From contig JAYWIR010000043.1 of assembly GCA_036172245.1 (NCBI GenBank), positions 1,674,001 through 1,738,000 of the forward strand: a stretch of DNA of 64,000 nt, written 5' to 3'. This document shows, piece after piece, positions 25,782-38,599 of this stretch. The position numbers and the translations under genes are program-made. Source of the DNA: Raillietiella orientalis. Lineage: Eukaryota. Positions within the stretch are counted from its first letter, which is position 1. The number at the start of each line of letters is the position of its first letter. The notes below the pieces were generated by a model, which did no database searches, had not been told where the DNA came from, and saw only the letters and a program-made list of their open reading frames with translations.

Positions 25782-26599
25782 GGATTTCTTCAAGCCTACA
25801 GGAGGAAAAGAAAGTCAGTCAAACGGTCATAATCTCAACATGTGCTACATGCAGCTGCTGCTGCTGTTCCCTTCTCCAAAGCATTGGTGATTTTGGAAAC
25901 AAAATTATTCAAACAACACACACTTGGGGTCATTCAAGTTCTAGGAGCACTACCCTTGGTTTAAAAAATTTTGCACGAGCCAACTAAACGGGAAAAAGGG
26001 AATTTGCTGAAAAAAATAAGATTCCGAGGGAGGAATTGAGAATTAATCCGTTACGGCCTCCTCCTTGGATTAAGTCCCAAGTGAATCAACAACGATCCTG
26101 TTTCCAAAAAAAACAAAACAAAACAAATTGCAGCAATAAGTCGATGGAAACTCTATGGATTCTCTTAGGATGAATGCAAAGACTTCTCGTGTGAAAAAAA
26201 GAAAAAAAAAAAAAGGGGGTACACCGAGGTATGTGGGACAAAAACGAGATTTCTTTATATATTTTGTTTCCCTTGTATTCTTTTCCTTCAGGGTTCAAAG
26301 GCTTTGAAAGTAGTGAGCCAGGATGCTTTTCACTGCACGTGACCTTTCAATTTTCCTTTGCACATTCGAAACCTTGGAGAGTTCCTTGCAACTCCACCAA
26401 CTTTCCTGAAAGTAACTTCCGTGTCTCTGCTCTCCACATCGGAATCCTTCCAATGGGCTCATCACTTGGACGCAACGGACACACTTTGCTCGGCATTTTG
26501 TCAACATTCCCACTTTGCCGTGGCATAAGCGGTAGAGCTTTGGAGGGCAAAATTGAGCTGCTGCGAGGTTGGCTCTGTTCCCGGAAACTAGGAGGGTGT

Positions 26600-29500
26600 C
26601 GAGCCAAACCATTTGAACCAAGGGAGACCGGGCCTCCTTTCGGTGCAGAAGAACGATCTAGATGACCGTAGGAGGAACCATGTCTGTGGGACAGCTGAGG
26701 TGCGGATCGAGGGGACCGCAAGAAGGGATCTCCCTATCTCTTCAGGACTCTGCTCCTTGACTTCCAGAGGAGTTGTAGTGACAAAGCATCCCTTAGGGAC
26801 GGAAGTCTTCGTGGAGCACCCCGGAGGGAATGCCGCCTGGACGCGAAGAAAAAGCAGATCGAGTAACAGCAGCATGATTTTCATGGAGTGTTCAAATCAC
26901 GACGAAAGTCCCGGCGCTCTCAGCGTTAAGCGAATTATCTGCGAGGTGTAGAAGAGTTGCAGTGGCAGCAGTCCTCTCGTCTGATGATCCCACATGATTT
27001 GAGTTCGGAGTGGCATGATCCCAACTGGTCTCCCTTCTTCAGACGACGAGGTGCGTTTTCAAGTGCAGATTGGGAACGGAAAGATGGGATCGTTTGCCGG
27101 TCGCGACGATGCAGCGGATTGCTTCAGGTGATCTTGGTGCCCCTGGGAATGCAGTCTGCGGGTCGCGACCACCGGATGGGACTGTGAGAACCACCTGCAG
27201 CCAGTGATTCGCACAAGAGGATATAAAGTGTTCAGTTCGCATCCACGACTCCGATCAAATGGTGCGAAATCAAATGGCTTCTCAGATACGGAAAGCATCC
27301 GCGAAAAGAATTTGCTGGAAAGGACGATCTCTTGCATTGGATTTATGCAATCCGTCCTTTGGCAAGTGAAATCCTTAGCTTTCCTAAGCTTCTCAAGAGT
27401 AGGTTGTTGCTTCAGACAAGAAGAAATGACTGCGAGTTCAAATTGGTCGCCCTTCCCGAGCTGTAATCTCAATACCGGCAATATGTATATGTGTTCGTGC
27501 CGAGGACGGCAAAACGTCTGTATCGATTTTCCGTTTTGCAAGGCACCTGTCGAACCGGCTGTTTGCATTTGCTCTCCAGTGCTCTTCGTCAAGAAGGGTG
27601 TGTTCAAGACGCCTTCGAAAGCATTTAACTTGAGCACTTTGCATTTCAAAGGAACGCCAGCATTCTTACATTCACCCTTTTGCATTTCGCGCATATTTAA
27701 CAGCAATGCGCTCTTGCGAGAAATGAATTTTGATCCACTTATCTCGGCGGCATTGCTGAGAGGAGAGATCTTGAAGTCATTCTGCCCATCAGGGTTTCCA
27801 TGGTGAGCGTCTCTGAACCAGATGTGCGCTGCTTGTTCTCTTTCTGTGATTTCTTGTACCGTCTCCAGCATGGCGCGTGAGATTTGCCTGCGCCCGTGAG
27901 ATTTGCCCCGTTTCAAGGTTCCCTGTTCTTAAAGGATTCCATCCCTGCTTTTGCGCACATCGAAAGTCCTACGGGAATGCCACGCCGATTGAAGGATCCC
28001 TGAATTTCGCATGCATCGCCTTCATTTACGGATGTTTCCGGGAACCCACAGGCGCACAGCGAGCATCTCCCACTCGTTCATCGACATGCTGTTCCCAATT
28101 ACTGGCAGCCGACCATTTGCTTCGTTTCCACGCCGGAAGCTGCTCGCTGCACTCACAAAGGAGATGCATTTCATGTGCATCTCATGCCCGAACGGGAAAG
28201 AAGTCATCGGCATACCTCCAGGAATGGAGAGGTTGCATTGCTCTTCCCAGTGGTAAAAGCATTACTTTCGCTGAACTTTATGTGACTGCAGACTAAACTA
28301 TTCTTTGCAGTTCTGATAATACGGAGAACCACAATACGACCTTTGGTGCGACGGTGTTAAACCCACAGCATCTCTTTCAGAAAACACACATGATTAAAAA
28401 AAAAGAAAAACTTCCTAGAGGTTCTATGGACCAGTTTGGCTTCATCCGCACGTTGCTTGCAGAACTTTAAGAAATCAATGCCACTCCTCACGGAGAAAGG
28501 GAAATCATCTCAAGCGACCCAAAAACCTCAACTGGAGTCTCGAACCAAAACACACTCTATCGATCAAGCCCGAGGATTCGCTACTGACAAGAAACGGAAC
28601 GCAAAGTGTCCGCAGGTACCAATGTGGCATGCCCTGAGACACTTTCCATGACAACCCAAGACAAAGTAAAAAGAATCCTTTGATTATTTCAGCAGCACTG
28701 GATGCTGCCGAGAGCAAATGAGGAATTCCAATTACGGGGATCAAAGATGAGCTGAGAACCCAACTTCATCATCTGGGGGCCTGGCAAACGGAGCCAAATG
28801 AAATCACTGATGGAAAGAAATTCCAGCACGGAACCAAACTGCATCCCACTATTGCAGCTGCGGTGTGGACCGTTCCATTCAGATGGACCAACTGCGGGAC
28901 ACCTCATGCGACGCAGATATTAAAACCCGATTTTACAAGAACACTGCACGAACTTTGCCGATCATCGGTGAGTGCATAAGAAGTGAAAGACGCGAGGAGC
29001 GTACGCGGTCTGCCCCGTATGTATTCCCCGCCTGGTCGATGTAATGGGGTTCCTTAATTAAGTCACATGCGGCCGAACGAAAGTGTCATCACTGAAGGAG
29101 GAGTGCAGGGGAAAAAGTGTTATCTTTCATGGGGAATGCACTTCATCGAATAAGCAGGAAAACAGATCACAATTTTTGAGTAGCCGTGTACTACGGAAGA
29201 TAAAACGGCCAATACAAATACACAGATAAAGGACGTTAAAGGGTTGCACGCCAGGAAGATGCTCTTAGAGTAAAACAGCAGCTGAAGTTTTTGCGATTCG
29301 AGAATTCATTTTCAAAAGACCATCTCAGATGAGTGATCATGCATCAAGAGAAATGGAAAGGATTCTTCAAGTCCGAGTGGGATTCCTTCTGAATCCTTGA
29401 TGGATGTTGCAAGGTACCCTTAGAACAGTCCTTCCTGAACGCTTACGCTGATGATGCTACTAATGCAATACGCCTGCAATTACGCTAATTATGCGAATGC

Positions 29501-30150
29501 ACTTCTTTATCTACAGTTTTGACACATTGCTTTTTCACATTAGCTATTTCATGACCATCGTGCGAAGAACCCAAATGCTGAATGCATCATCGTTTGGACC
29601 ATATGATCCGCAGCTCCCAAGCATGTAATCAAAACGGATTTAGCGCACGAAGCCTGGATAGGGAAGGATCAAAATGAAATGGGCCTTCCTATGTGTCACG
29701 CGAAATGACAGCATTACGCAAGCAGCACTCGTCGCTGAAGACAGCTTGCAATTTGCGAAGAAAACGTTTGAGGAAAGGCGAGGGTAGAGAATTTTCTCAT
29801 GGAACGCTCCGTGAGCGTCGTGACCCGATCACAATGGGGCGATTCTCCGACGGTCCACAGCTCAATCACGTTCAGAAGTCGGACGCACACCATCCCAGAA
29901 ACGGAGTACCACGGCGAGGTATGTTGCATGACCACCAAAGATGCGGGTATCAACCTCCGCGTCTTCCTCTGTTCTGTCCAGTGATACCCCGGACCACACT
30001 TTCACGCAAGGACGATGGCGTGCCTGCGCATCTCGAAATGCTCCGTGGTTTCCATTTCGAACCGCTCGAAAGACAAATAAATAAGCTCTGCAAGAACGGG
30101 AGGGATTCTCTGTGCACATGAAACGTGAGACGGTATTTTTCTGTGGATCA
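26600..30150 (+). mobile_element. Decayed CR1/L2-like LINE (ORF1, APE endonuclease, RT)
   Basis: ORF1-like 'DLDDRRRNHVCG'. Endonuclease remnants 'GVFKTPS', 'LREMNFDPL' (cf. GDFN) and 'EPT...SFIDMLF...ADHLL'. RT 'SGIPSESL' (cf. GVPQGS) and an intact YADD at 29444-29455. Then 'LNHVQKSDAH' (cf. LxxxQKxAxR). Confidence 0.65.
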
Positions 30151-32249
30151 CGCGTCAAGTGGCTGCTTTACCACCCTCCTTGGGGAGGAAGCACCGACGC
30201 TCATCAATCCTGCAAAAAACACAAAACGACCACAGCATCTGTCGCCATGTTGGAATACGCACTGCCTTCAAACCGTGGGTTTCTTTCGGTGATGGGTCTT
30301 TCAGAATTCTCACGAATGGCTCGATGCGAACGCGTTGGCGAAATTGGCGCACGTATAATGGAAAAGGCGAAATCCGAAAGAAAAAAAAAAACTTGGAACT
30401 TACTCCAAACCCGAGGCGAACAGTTCGGATCCGTGCAGGAGTTTGCGAGTTCGAACACACATAATCACCTGGACCTTCAGCATCTTTTTCGAAACATGCT
30501 GGGAAAGCATTGAGATGCTATTTTTAGTCCGGGATAACTATAGCAACTCCTCTCTCTGGGCGAGCCTTCCGTTTTCTGCAGTCGCTACTTGCATTTGCAT
30601 TTCCGCCTGCAATTGAAGAGAGCCGACCGAAATTCGAATCAGCGTGCACATTCCGTACACTCACACCGAGAACGCCGCTGCCATGCCAACCGAATCATCC
30701 GAGCTGAACTGACTGGTTGCGACGCAACTACCATTCCAAGGGGTAGGGGGGAGGGGGGGTCAAACGTTCGAAATTCAGCGAAAATCGAGCCAGCGGATTC
30801 TCGGAGATGACCCGCGACAGGAGTTTACGCGAGGACAGTCAAAATCTTCCTTACCGGTGGGCGCAGGAGGTGAGGCTCCGCTCCGACGTTCTTCAGGGAA
30901 TCCGCGTGAGACGACACCGAAGACGATGCTCACGGTTTTGATCACGACTCTGCGAGATGAGGAGCTTACGGGGAGGAAGCATTCCGAAACGAACCTGCGT
31001 CCTCCTCGGTTGTGATCCGAGTCTGAGGAGGGGCTCGCCAGCGACGGTTGGGTTCTTCGTCAGCTACTGGGAAATATGATATGCTAATTTCCCCAGTGGG
31101 TATGAACCTGCTCTCCACGCAAGCGTGATGTTTTTTTTTTTTTTTTTTTTTCTTTCCTCTCTTTCTCTCTCTCTCCCCCGCCCCTGCGAAGTGAACGCAA
31201 GCCATTATACAGTTCTTTGCTCCTCTTGTTTTGGGAACGCTTTCCATTTCAGATTGCTGGCGAGGAGGTTCTCGGTCATGTTGCTGAAGCTGTACTCAAC
31301 GGCACCGAAATTATCGGAAATCTCGTGGATCGATTCTGGTGAGACTTTCCCGATGCTCTCTCGGTCCTCAAACGGCTGCGGGTGAAATGCACGGGGGAGC
31401 TCCAGACGTCTTTCGTGCCCGCGTCAGACTGTGTTCCAACACGAACTTCACCCGGAGTGTTGCCGTCAACTCTCCGATATCCTGCGTTGATTGGCGTGGA
31501 GACCACTCGATTCCCGGCTTCGTGCCACACGGGATGCCGCACGGAGTGATGCAGAAAACGGTCCATTCCACGATTCGATCGCTTTTGCGGCAACAGACAT
31601 TTTTACTGCAAGTCTTGTGTAAAGCAAAACAAAAGCAAAGCAAACAAGCCAGTCAGGAAGAGACCATTTCGGCAAACAGTGTAGCAAGGAATTCAGGCTA
31701 CAGACGATTCATTATCTTCCTGTCTCTGGCAGCACGAAAGGGGTAAACTGCGATGCATGTGCCTCAAGATTTATTGGACTCTGTTCTCTTTCTACTCTCT
31801 TCTCTCCCTTCTCCTCCCTGCCTTACCGTGCATGGGCAACGAAGGAAGTGTGGATTCATCTCCCGTATACTGAGATATGTGTCAGCCTGCCCTGGAGCTG
31901 CTACAAGTCTTCTAGTTACCTGGGACCCGTGTTCTGCGATTATTAATTTGGCAACCTGGAAGTACGGTACTACCCGTACACTGTGTGAAATGGGCTCCGC
32001 GTTACAGAAGCCCTACATGGGTTGTACACGGAGAACATAGATAGTGTTTATAAAATGTATCCTGAACGCTGTAGCAGCGGCATATTTGTCGTTTACTTTA
32101 AACCAAAGTAAACAACAAATAAGTAAACAGTAAGCAGCAAAAATGTAAAGTGTTTGTTTGCTGTTTACCCTAAAGTGAGGAAAAACGTCTTTCGAGCGTG
32201 GCTGATCGCACCCTTTTTAAAGGCAGATGAATTCACACCACAGAATTGA

Positions 32250-33100
32250 AGGGCATCCACGGTGTTGTACGCAGCTGAGTCTCCGCGTTATACGGGGAGT
32301 CCACAGTCATTTTCAAGCCGCATGGTACGAATCCGCGCTGTACGGAGGCCTGCCGTACCACTTTTACAGGTCCCTGCGTGCTCTCGTCTTCCTCTTTTCT
32401 TGTTTAGGGATCGCCTTCCTAGCTAATGTCTGTTTTTGAAGTTTCCAGCTCCGGGGTAGCCGATCTCAGCTGCTGTTAGAAAACCTGAATGAAGTTTGAT
32501 GCTTCCTGATGAGAATTCCGAGCATCCGAAATCCCATCCCATCCCGGAAGCATGCTTAGATTTCTGGGTGGATCCTCCTCACTTGCTTAGCGTTGTTACT
32601 TTTCCTCGTTATTCTGCGGACGCAGAAGATCAGTCAAAGGCCGGCCTTTGGTGACCACCTCACATCCGCAGCTCCATTCTCTCACGTGACTTGTTATAGC
32701 GCAACAAGACGCGTTTTGCACTCTGAGCACGATCGATCGCACTCTTATTCATCCAGGATGAGAAGGAAGAAAACCTGGAAGCTCAGTGTTCTACTTTCGC
32801 GTGGAGATGCGATCAGCCACCCTCACGAACCACCTTTTCTGCAGTCCTGACCATTTTCCTGAGGTGGTCCTGAGAAAAACGTCTACGTTTCCCCCATACT
32901 TCGAAAGACGCCACCCAGCTTCCCAGCTTTTTCCGAAATACGTTCTCAGATCTTCCCTGTCGGTCTCAGATCGTTTTAAAATCTCGACCTCGCTTTTTTC
33001 TGAAGCTTTTGACGGTCCTGGGTCGGAAGGACGAGACAAGCCGACGGCCTCTACGAATGGCTTCTACCCTAGCCGATGCGGCTGCTTTCCGAAAACCATA
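32250..33100 (-). mobile_element. Possible gypsy integrase relic
   Basis: Faint 'GKWSGLQKRWFVRV' (cf. WPGxxKDV) and 'PVKVV' C-terminal remnants. Weak. Confidence 0.3.
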
Positions 33101-33205
33101 TCTGATACGGAATCCATCTAACGCTAAACCCATACCTAAGATCCCAAGCTGAATGAAAAATATCAATCTCTAAAGTTGGCAATACAAAATCTTATGGACT
33201 TCCTC

Positions 33206-33575
33206 CAGCGATGACTCATATCCACAAACTACAAAGGTATTGGATCACTGTACTTTATGATCAGAATCCGAGCTAGCATCGTAGGCACCTCTTTAGGATT
33301 CATCATCCGTTTGGAACTCTCTCAACCAGGAGCCCTCATCAACAATAATTAACTCTACAACATCATCCTTACTGCTCACGCCCTAACCATAATCTCCTTA
33401 GTAACAAGAGCCACAATGGGAGACTTCGGCAATGGACTTACCCTCCTCCTTCCTATGTCTGCTGTACCATAGCTTTCTTGAACAACCTCAGATTCTGACA
33501 CTCGCCCCATCTCCCTCCACAATGCATCCTTAGTACCTTATGCTCATGGGGGCTAAGACGCTATCCAGTAGACAT
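33206..33575 (+). pseudogene. cox1: NUMT: decayed 5' part of mitochondrial cytochrome c oxidase subunit I
   Basis: In the invertebrate mitochondrial code it reads QRWLMSTNYKGIGSLYF...[34 protein letters not shown]...MGDFGN, then after a frameshift MAFLNNLSFW, then AHGG...VD. It contains an internal stop, frameshifts and deletions. Confidence 0.93.
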
Positions 33576-33629
33576 CTGAAAACACCATCCTGCAGCCGTC
33601 AAATGCACTCCCCGCGTCCTCTCCTCTGC

Positions 33630-34290
33630 ACTTGGTATCAGGCGAAGTGTTCTTGGAAGACAGTCATCCTCTGGACCACAGTGACGCCAAGAAGAGACTG
33701 CGACGCAAAATCCAGGATTGCCTCCTTCTGCTGAGAAACAATCGCGTCACCAACCCACCGTTACAGTTGATCTTCAAGCACAGTTCTACACTAGTCTTGA
33801 AGACATGGCATGCTCACGGGATGGGGGGAGGGATTCAAACGCCCCACTCTTTTCCGATGCCATTCCTAGGTGTCTTTTCTTATTCGGGGAGCTTTGCACT
33901 ATTTACCGCTCACGCAGGCAGGATATTCTCGAGGGAAACCCAGCGGTCACGGCGGTAGTGCGACCTCGGACTGACTTCATGTGGTCGGTAGCTTTCCGTG
34001 AATTCCCAGCAGCGATGAAGACCTTCTACCAGCAGAGGGCTGACGAGAGGGATGGAAAAAACCCACGGCAGGTGGGATGCGGAATGACTTTGCGGAGGGG
34101 CGCAGGTAGACCGGAAGCAGGAAGTCATGCGACATGCGATTCGCCAGCGCGAAATCTGCTGGATCGAACGAGAGGGGAAGGCAGCGAGGAATGCCCGCAG
34201 CGCACTTTATCTCGAGGGCTTTCGATCCGGGAGTTTCCGGAAGATTTCAGATTATTCAGAGCACGTTTCCCTGAACTGTCTCGGATCTGA
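33630..34290 (+). mobile_element. Two short CR1-like LINE 3' fragments
   Basis: 'HSDAKKRLRRKIQD...NNRVTNPPLQL' (cf. GHxxKL...FFSNRVVNxWNxL) and 'TAVVRPRTDFMWSV...QQRA' (cf. VRPxLEY...QRRA). 33707-33791 is homologous to 34866-34949 (inverted). Confidence 0.5.
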
Positions 34291-34799
34291 TCTTAAATTA
34301 TTCCGATCCAGCACGGACTGCGTGGCAAAACCTCGGAAGATGGGTGGAGATGAGGGGAAAAGCAGATGCATTTTGCATGGGAACCGGAAACGAACGGGAG
34401 AGCAGGAAAATTCGAGATGCACTGGCATCCATGGGAACATCTGCTGACTGAGGAAAAATGGACGCGGAAGTGGTGATTCCTGTGGAGACAGCAAACCTTT
34501 TTCTCTACGGGCCAACTCTCTTCCTGGAGCACCCACAGCAGTAGAGAGAACGAAGAAGGAGGCGAATCTCGTGATGCTGCTGTGCGTCTAAAATCATTGC
34601 TGCCTCTATGCGAAGACGAACTGGTGCACGGGTTCGGTAACGAGACCTCGTGTCCAGATGAGAAGTGGTGTCGGATGACCGGACCATCCTGGGTCTGAAT
34701 TTGCTTCAAGGACCGGATGCGACCCGAAGGAGGAAAACTCGGTCCATCATTTTGGACGTCTGCTCTCCATTCGACAACACCAACGGTGTTCAATAGGCC

Positions 34800-37700
34800 G
34801 AAAGGAGAAAAGGAAGGGAAGTTCCTTCTTCAAGAGCATGCGTGTCTTCATGCACAGTTCTCCCCGTGCAGATCTGCGCTTCGAGGTCAACTGCAACGGT
34901 GGGTTGGTGACGCGATTGTTTCTCGGCAGAAGGAAGCGATCCCGGATTTCGTGTTTCTTCTCAGCTTCACAGAGACCCAGAAATTGACATGGGAACTCTC
35001 CCTTCCTATCCTCTTCCAAGATTGAGATGTCCTTCCGTCTCCTTCGTCTTCTGGAGTCCAAAGAATGAAGAAGTGTCCAAGGAGTTGGGCATTTCTCAGG
35101 ACAAGCGAATGGACTCGCAAGGGATCAAACCCTTGCCGGACCAGTACCGTACTTACGGGACCTATTGTTTGGATCACTCGCGAGACAAACACATTGCCTT
35201 GCCATCGGAGGCTAAAGATGCTCATGAGTACGATGACTAGTGGGAGAGGGTGGTCATATGTCCACTAATCAATGTCCAGCGTAGCAATGAATGGCCCACG
35301 TAGGCGACTATGTGGCCGCAGTCTTCGAGAGTGGGACCAGGAGTTGCATGTTCAAATCCCACATAAGGAAGGATGGACGCCGAGAATGGAGGGTCCGTCA
35401 TGAATTTCGAGTTTCTCCCGCAGGATGGCTCTGGTTAGTCTGCGGACTCCGGGTGCGGCACTGGGGAAGCTGGAAACCATGGATGCCCTCGATGAGTGGC
35501 CAGAATCGGAAGTGGACCCTCTGGGGTCCTTCCAGGAATGAAGGAGTCGGCTCCTTTCGGGGTTCTACCTCTGGTTGTGAAGATGGAGCAGTCCTTTCTC
35601 GGGAGGGACCACCTCCATCTCACACCCATGGAACTGGTGTTGGATCGATACCTCTCCAGAGTGTGAAGAAGCGCGCTGCTCCCTTCGGGGAGTGCCCTTC
35701 AGAGAAAATTCAGGAACGTCCCTAGGGGGCTCTGTTCAGAGGAGGAGAAAACAAGGAGCGGTTTCCTAGCACGTGCCTTCCGGAGAAGATATTCCAGGAG
35801 CGAATCCTTCTCTGGTCCCTTTCGGAAAAGAAATGAGAACTGATGCCCTCCGGAGGGTCCTTACGAAGAGAATAAGGAAGAGGTTCCCTTGGGAGATAAC
35901 CCTTCAGGAATCCTTACCAAGCATGAGAGGAACGGGCACCCTCCTCCGAAGCCTTCCTTGACTCGCAGGGTGGTTCCTCCGGGGTCGACTTGAGGAGTGC
36001 CGGCTGAATAGCCAGGCCTAACGAGCAAGACTTTCCTCTTTTTCGAAAGTTGATCTGGATGGAGTTCTGTCGAGTGCTCCAACTCTTCCGCAGCTGCTGG
36101 CTGCATTGTTCTAATTGCTTCTGAGTGACTGCATTCTTCCAGGAAGTTCCCCTTCATTTCCGGTTTTATTGGGATCCAGTGGAATTCGCAACGTTGGGAC
36201 GCTGGCTTGCCAGCTGCTCTCTGGCAGGATTCTGGGCGCATCAGTCCATGCGGCAACCGCCTGCTGCTGGGTGAGCATCGTTTAAGATTCGTCCCTCCAT
36301 CTCCAGGCTTTCACCTTCCCAAAGATCCGAGTTCCCTGCTTCCAGACCCTCAAGGCGACGAGAAGAGAGCGGAAGCTCTAGCTTTTCTCGAGTCCGGAAA
36401 AAGGAAACGGACACCGACCGAAGAGGTTCGAGCAGGAAGAAGGCAACTTGCCGATCCTGGGCGGTTCCCGTGTCGTCAAGACACACACAGGTGACGGAAT
36501 CTTCCCACGAGTTTTGCTGGCTTGTTTGTGCGCAACATTGTTTTTGGGTGTCCTCGCCGAGACTGAGATGCTGCCGTTACCAAGTCCACCACAGACCACT
36601 TACTGCCACGTGTAGCTGTGGAATAATACCAACTCCAGGTCAGATTGCCAGCAGCTTTATCTCGTTCCGTGTCCGTCGTGTTGCACGCTGCCTGGAAGAA
36701 AACCCTCCCCCTACAGGAACTCGTATTCCATCCCGTGGATGCATTCAGACCTGCGATGAATGACCTCCGGTGATATGAAGAATCCCCAAAGTTGCTGAGG
36801 AAAACGAGGGCAGTTCCCAAAGGATACCGGCTTCGGGTGGAAGCCTTCGCTTCTCATGAGACTTCCGTTAGGGTGTTTCTTTCTTGCATGCGAGCAGCGG
36901 CATCCTCTCGTCTTCCCGTGCTTTGAAACAGCACAGAGTTCCTTGCCTGTTCATCAAGTTGCTCATCTTTCGTGGTGACCGGGCAACCTTTTTCCTCTTC
37001 GTTTTCATTTCTTAGAGATCGTCGTTTGCTCTTATCATTTGCACGATCGCACCGTGTCTCTCTCCTAATGGCAGGGTTGGGGCCATAAAGATCGAAACCG
37101 CTTGAATGAGCGAGATAAGAAGCTGGGAGGACGAGGATAGAGACAATCTGCCCGCATTCGGTTAATAACGTGCCCCATCAGATGGATGAGGGAGATCCCC
37201 CCTTGCCTGAGTGCCAACGCTAAGGAGAAACAGAATCGCCTTCGAATTCCGCCGAATGCTGCGAGCGTGGAGTTCCCTTTCTCCAAAGAGCGAGTCCTTC
37301 GCCCACGCCGAGTGACCTTCCGGAGGTTACCTTCGCGTTTCTCACGGGCAGCCGTCCGCTGGAGCGGGGATGACCGTCGCTGTTTTCCTCTGGAGTCACT
37401 CGGGGTTCGCGTTAGGCATTCGGGCAGCACCCGTACACTGCAGCCACCGCTCTCCGAGGGCAACCAAGTCAGAGAAGCCCTTCCGGTACATCCATAGCCG
37501 TTCCGAGCATCCTGATGCACTTCCACACATCTCTTGCTCTCCGGTAAGCGAAAATTCAGTTCAGCAAGGGCCTCTCCACCAACCGACTCTGCTTGGATCG
37601 ACCCGAAAATGTTCGTTTCCTTCTTCCTTGAACCCTGACCCCTGATTCGTCTCTGTCGCCCACTTTTCCCACGCCTGCATCCTAAGGGAAAAGAGTAGGG

Positions 37701-38050
37701 AAAGTCTAGAAGGATGGGCCTAAGACGTCAGGGCGGGGCAACTTCTAGCCTTCCAGCCACTTGACTCCATCTAGGGCAGACCTCCCCTCCTACGTGCGCT
37801 TCGTTCCTGAGGATGCGAAGTCCTGCTACGTTTCTCTGACCTTTTCTTTCCGCTCCGTGGCGACGCCGGGACGTTTGCTGTTGCCAAAGAACATTCACGA
37901 AAAACCTGCATAAGAAAACAAAAAAACATCCGAGGAGTGGGATCGTAGATCTCACTAGGGTCCAAGGAACCCTGGAGGTGCTCCTGATAGCCTGTGGGAT
38001 TCCCGGCGAGGTCCGCTTAGACGAAGGCGAGGGAGAAAACAAAAGGCGAA
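34800..38050 (-). mobile_element. Decayed near-full-length CR1-like LINE
   Basis: Ordered minus-strand remnants: ORF1 end 'SHPQERSARRR'; endonuclease 'GYG...SGGCSV', 'CLTRTPS'; RT 'ELHPDQLSK...LVRP', 'CPFLSCLVRIPE', 'IPGRTPEGPLPIL', 'HFFILWTPEDEGD', 'NNRVTNP'. Confidence 0.7.
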
Positions 38051-38139
38051 AGTGGACAAATCTCTTGCTGTGTTGCAGAGGACCAGAGAAGGGGCAGCCG
38101 AAGGAAGCCCGAACTAAACCCCCTGCCCCTGTGCATTGT

Positions 38140-38460
38140 ATTTATATTAGTTAATTAATTAGTATTTAAAATTATAAAATACATATTTTAACTCCAAATT
38201 ATTTTAGAATAAATCAAAAAAAATAAACTTCCACTACTACATAAAAATAACTAACCAAGCCAAACACTCAAAGATAAAACTCAAATCCTTAACATTCCCC
38301 TTACACTATATTCCACTCATATCCCATCGCTCCTTAAATTAACACATTCTCTAACAATTAAATTAATGCTATATAAACATTAAAAAATTTTCCATAAATC
38401 GCTCACCAAACAAACCATCTCGTAACTCCACCCTATCCAACCCAATCGTCAATCTTATTC
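38140..38460. pseudogene. Probable NUMT: trnE/trnF-like remnants and 3' end of nad5 (minus strand)
   Basis: Sharply A/C-rich, G-poor block. It starts 'atttatattagttaatt' (trnE-like). The minus strand reads DGMWVEYSVSG in the mitochondrial code from 38328 downward (cf. nad5 C-terminal DxGWxEYxGGxG). Confidence 0.5.
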
Positions 38461-38599
38461 ATAGCTTGCGAACGGGGGGTCTTGTGAAGATGGTCACTGT
38501 GGGGATGAGACCCCTACCGCCCTGTCCTCTTTCGGCGGCGTTTTGCACCGCGACTGTGCTGCGGGGTAGGAAGGCAACAGGTCAGAAGTCAGGAGGCAT

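Noticed and set aside
27059..27916. 285-aa minus-strand ORF
   Set aside because: Antisense to the LINE endonuclease remnants; no domain recognised.
33707..34949. ~85-bp inverted repeat pair as TIRs of a DNA transposon
   Set aside because: Both arms translate to the CR1 3' motif 'NNRVTNP'. They are two LINE ends in opposite orientation.
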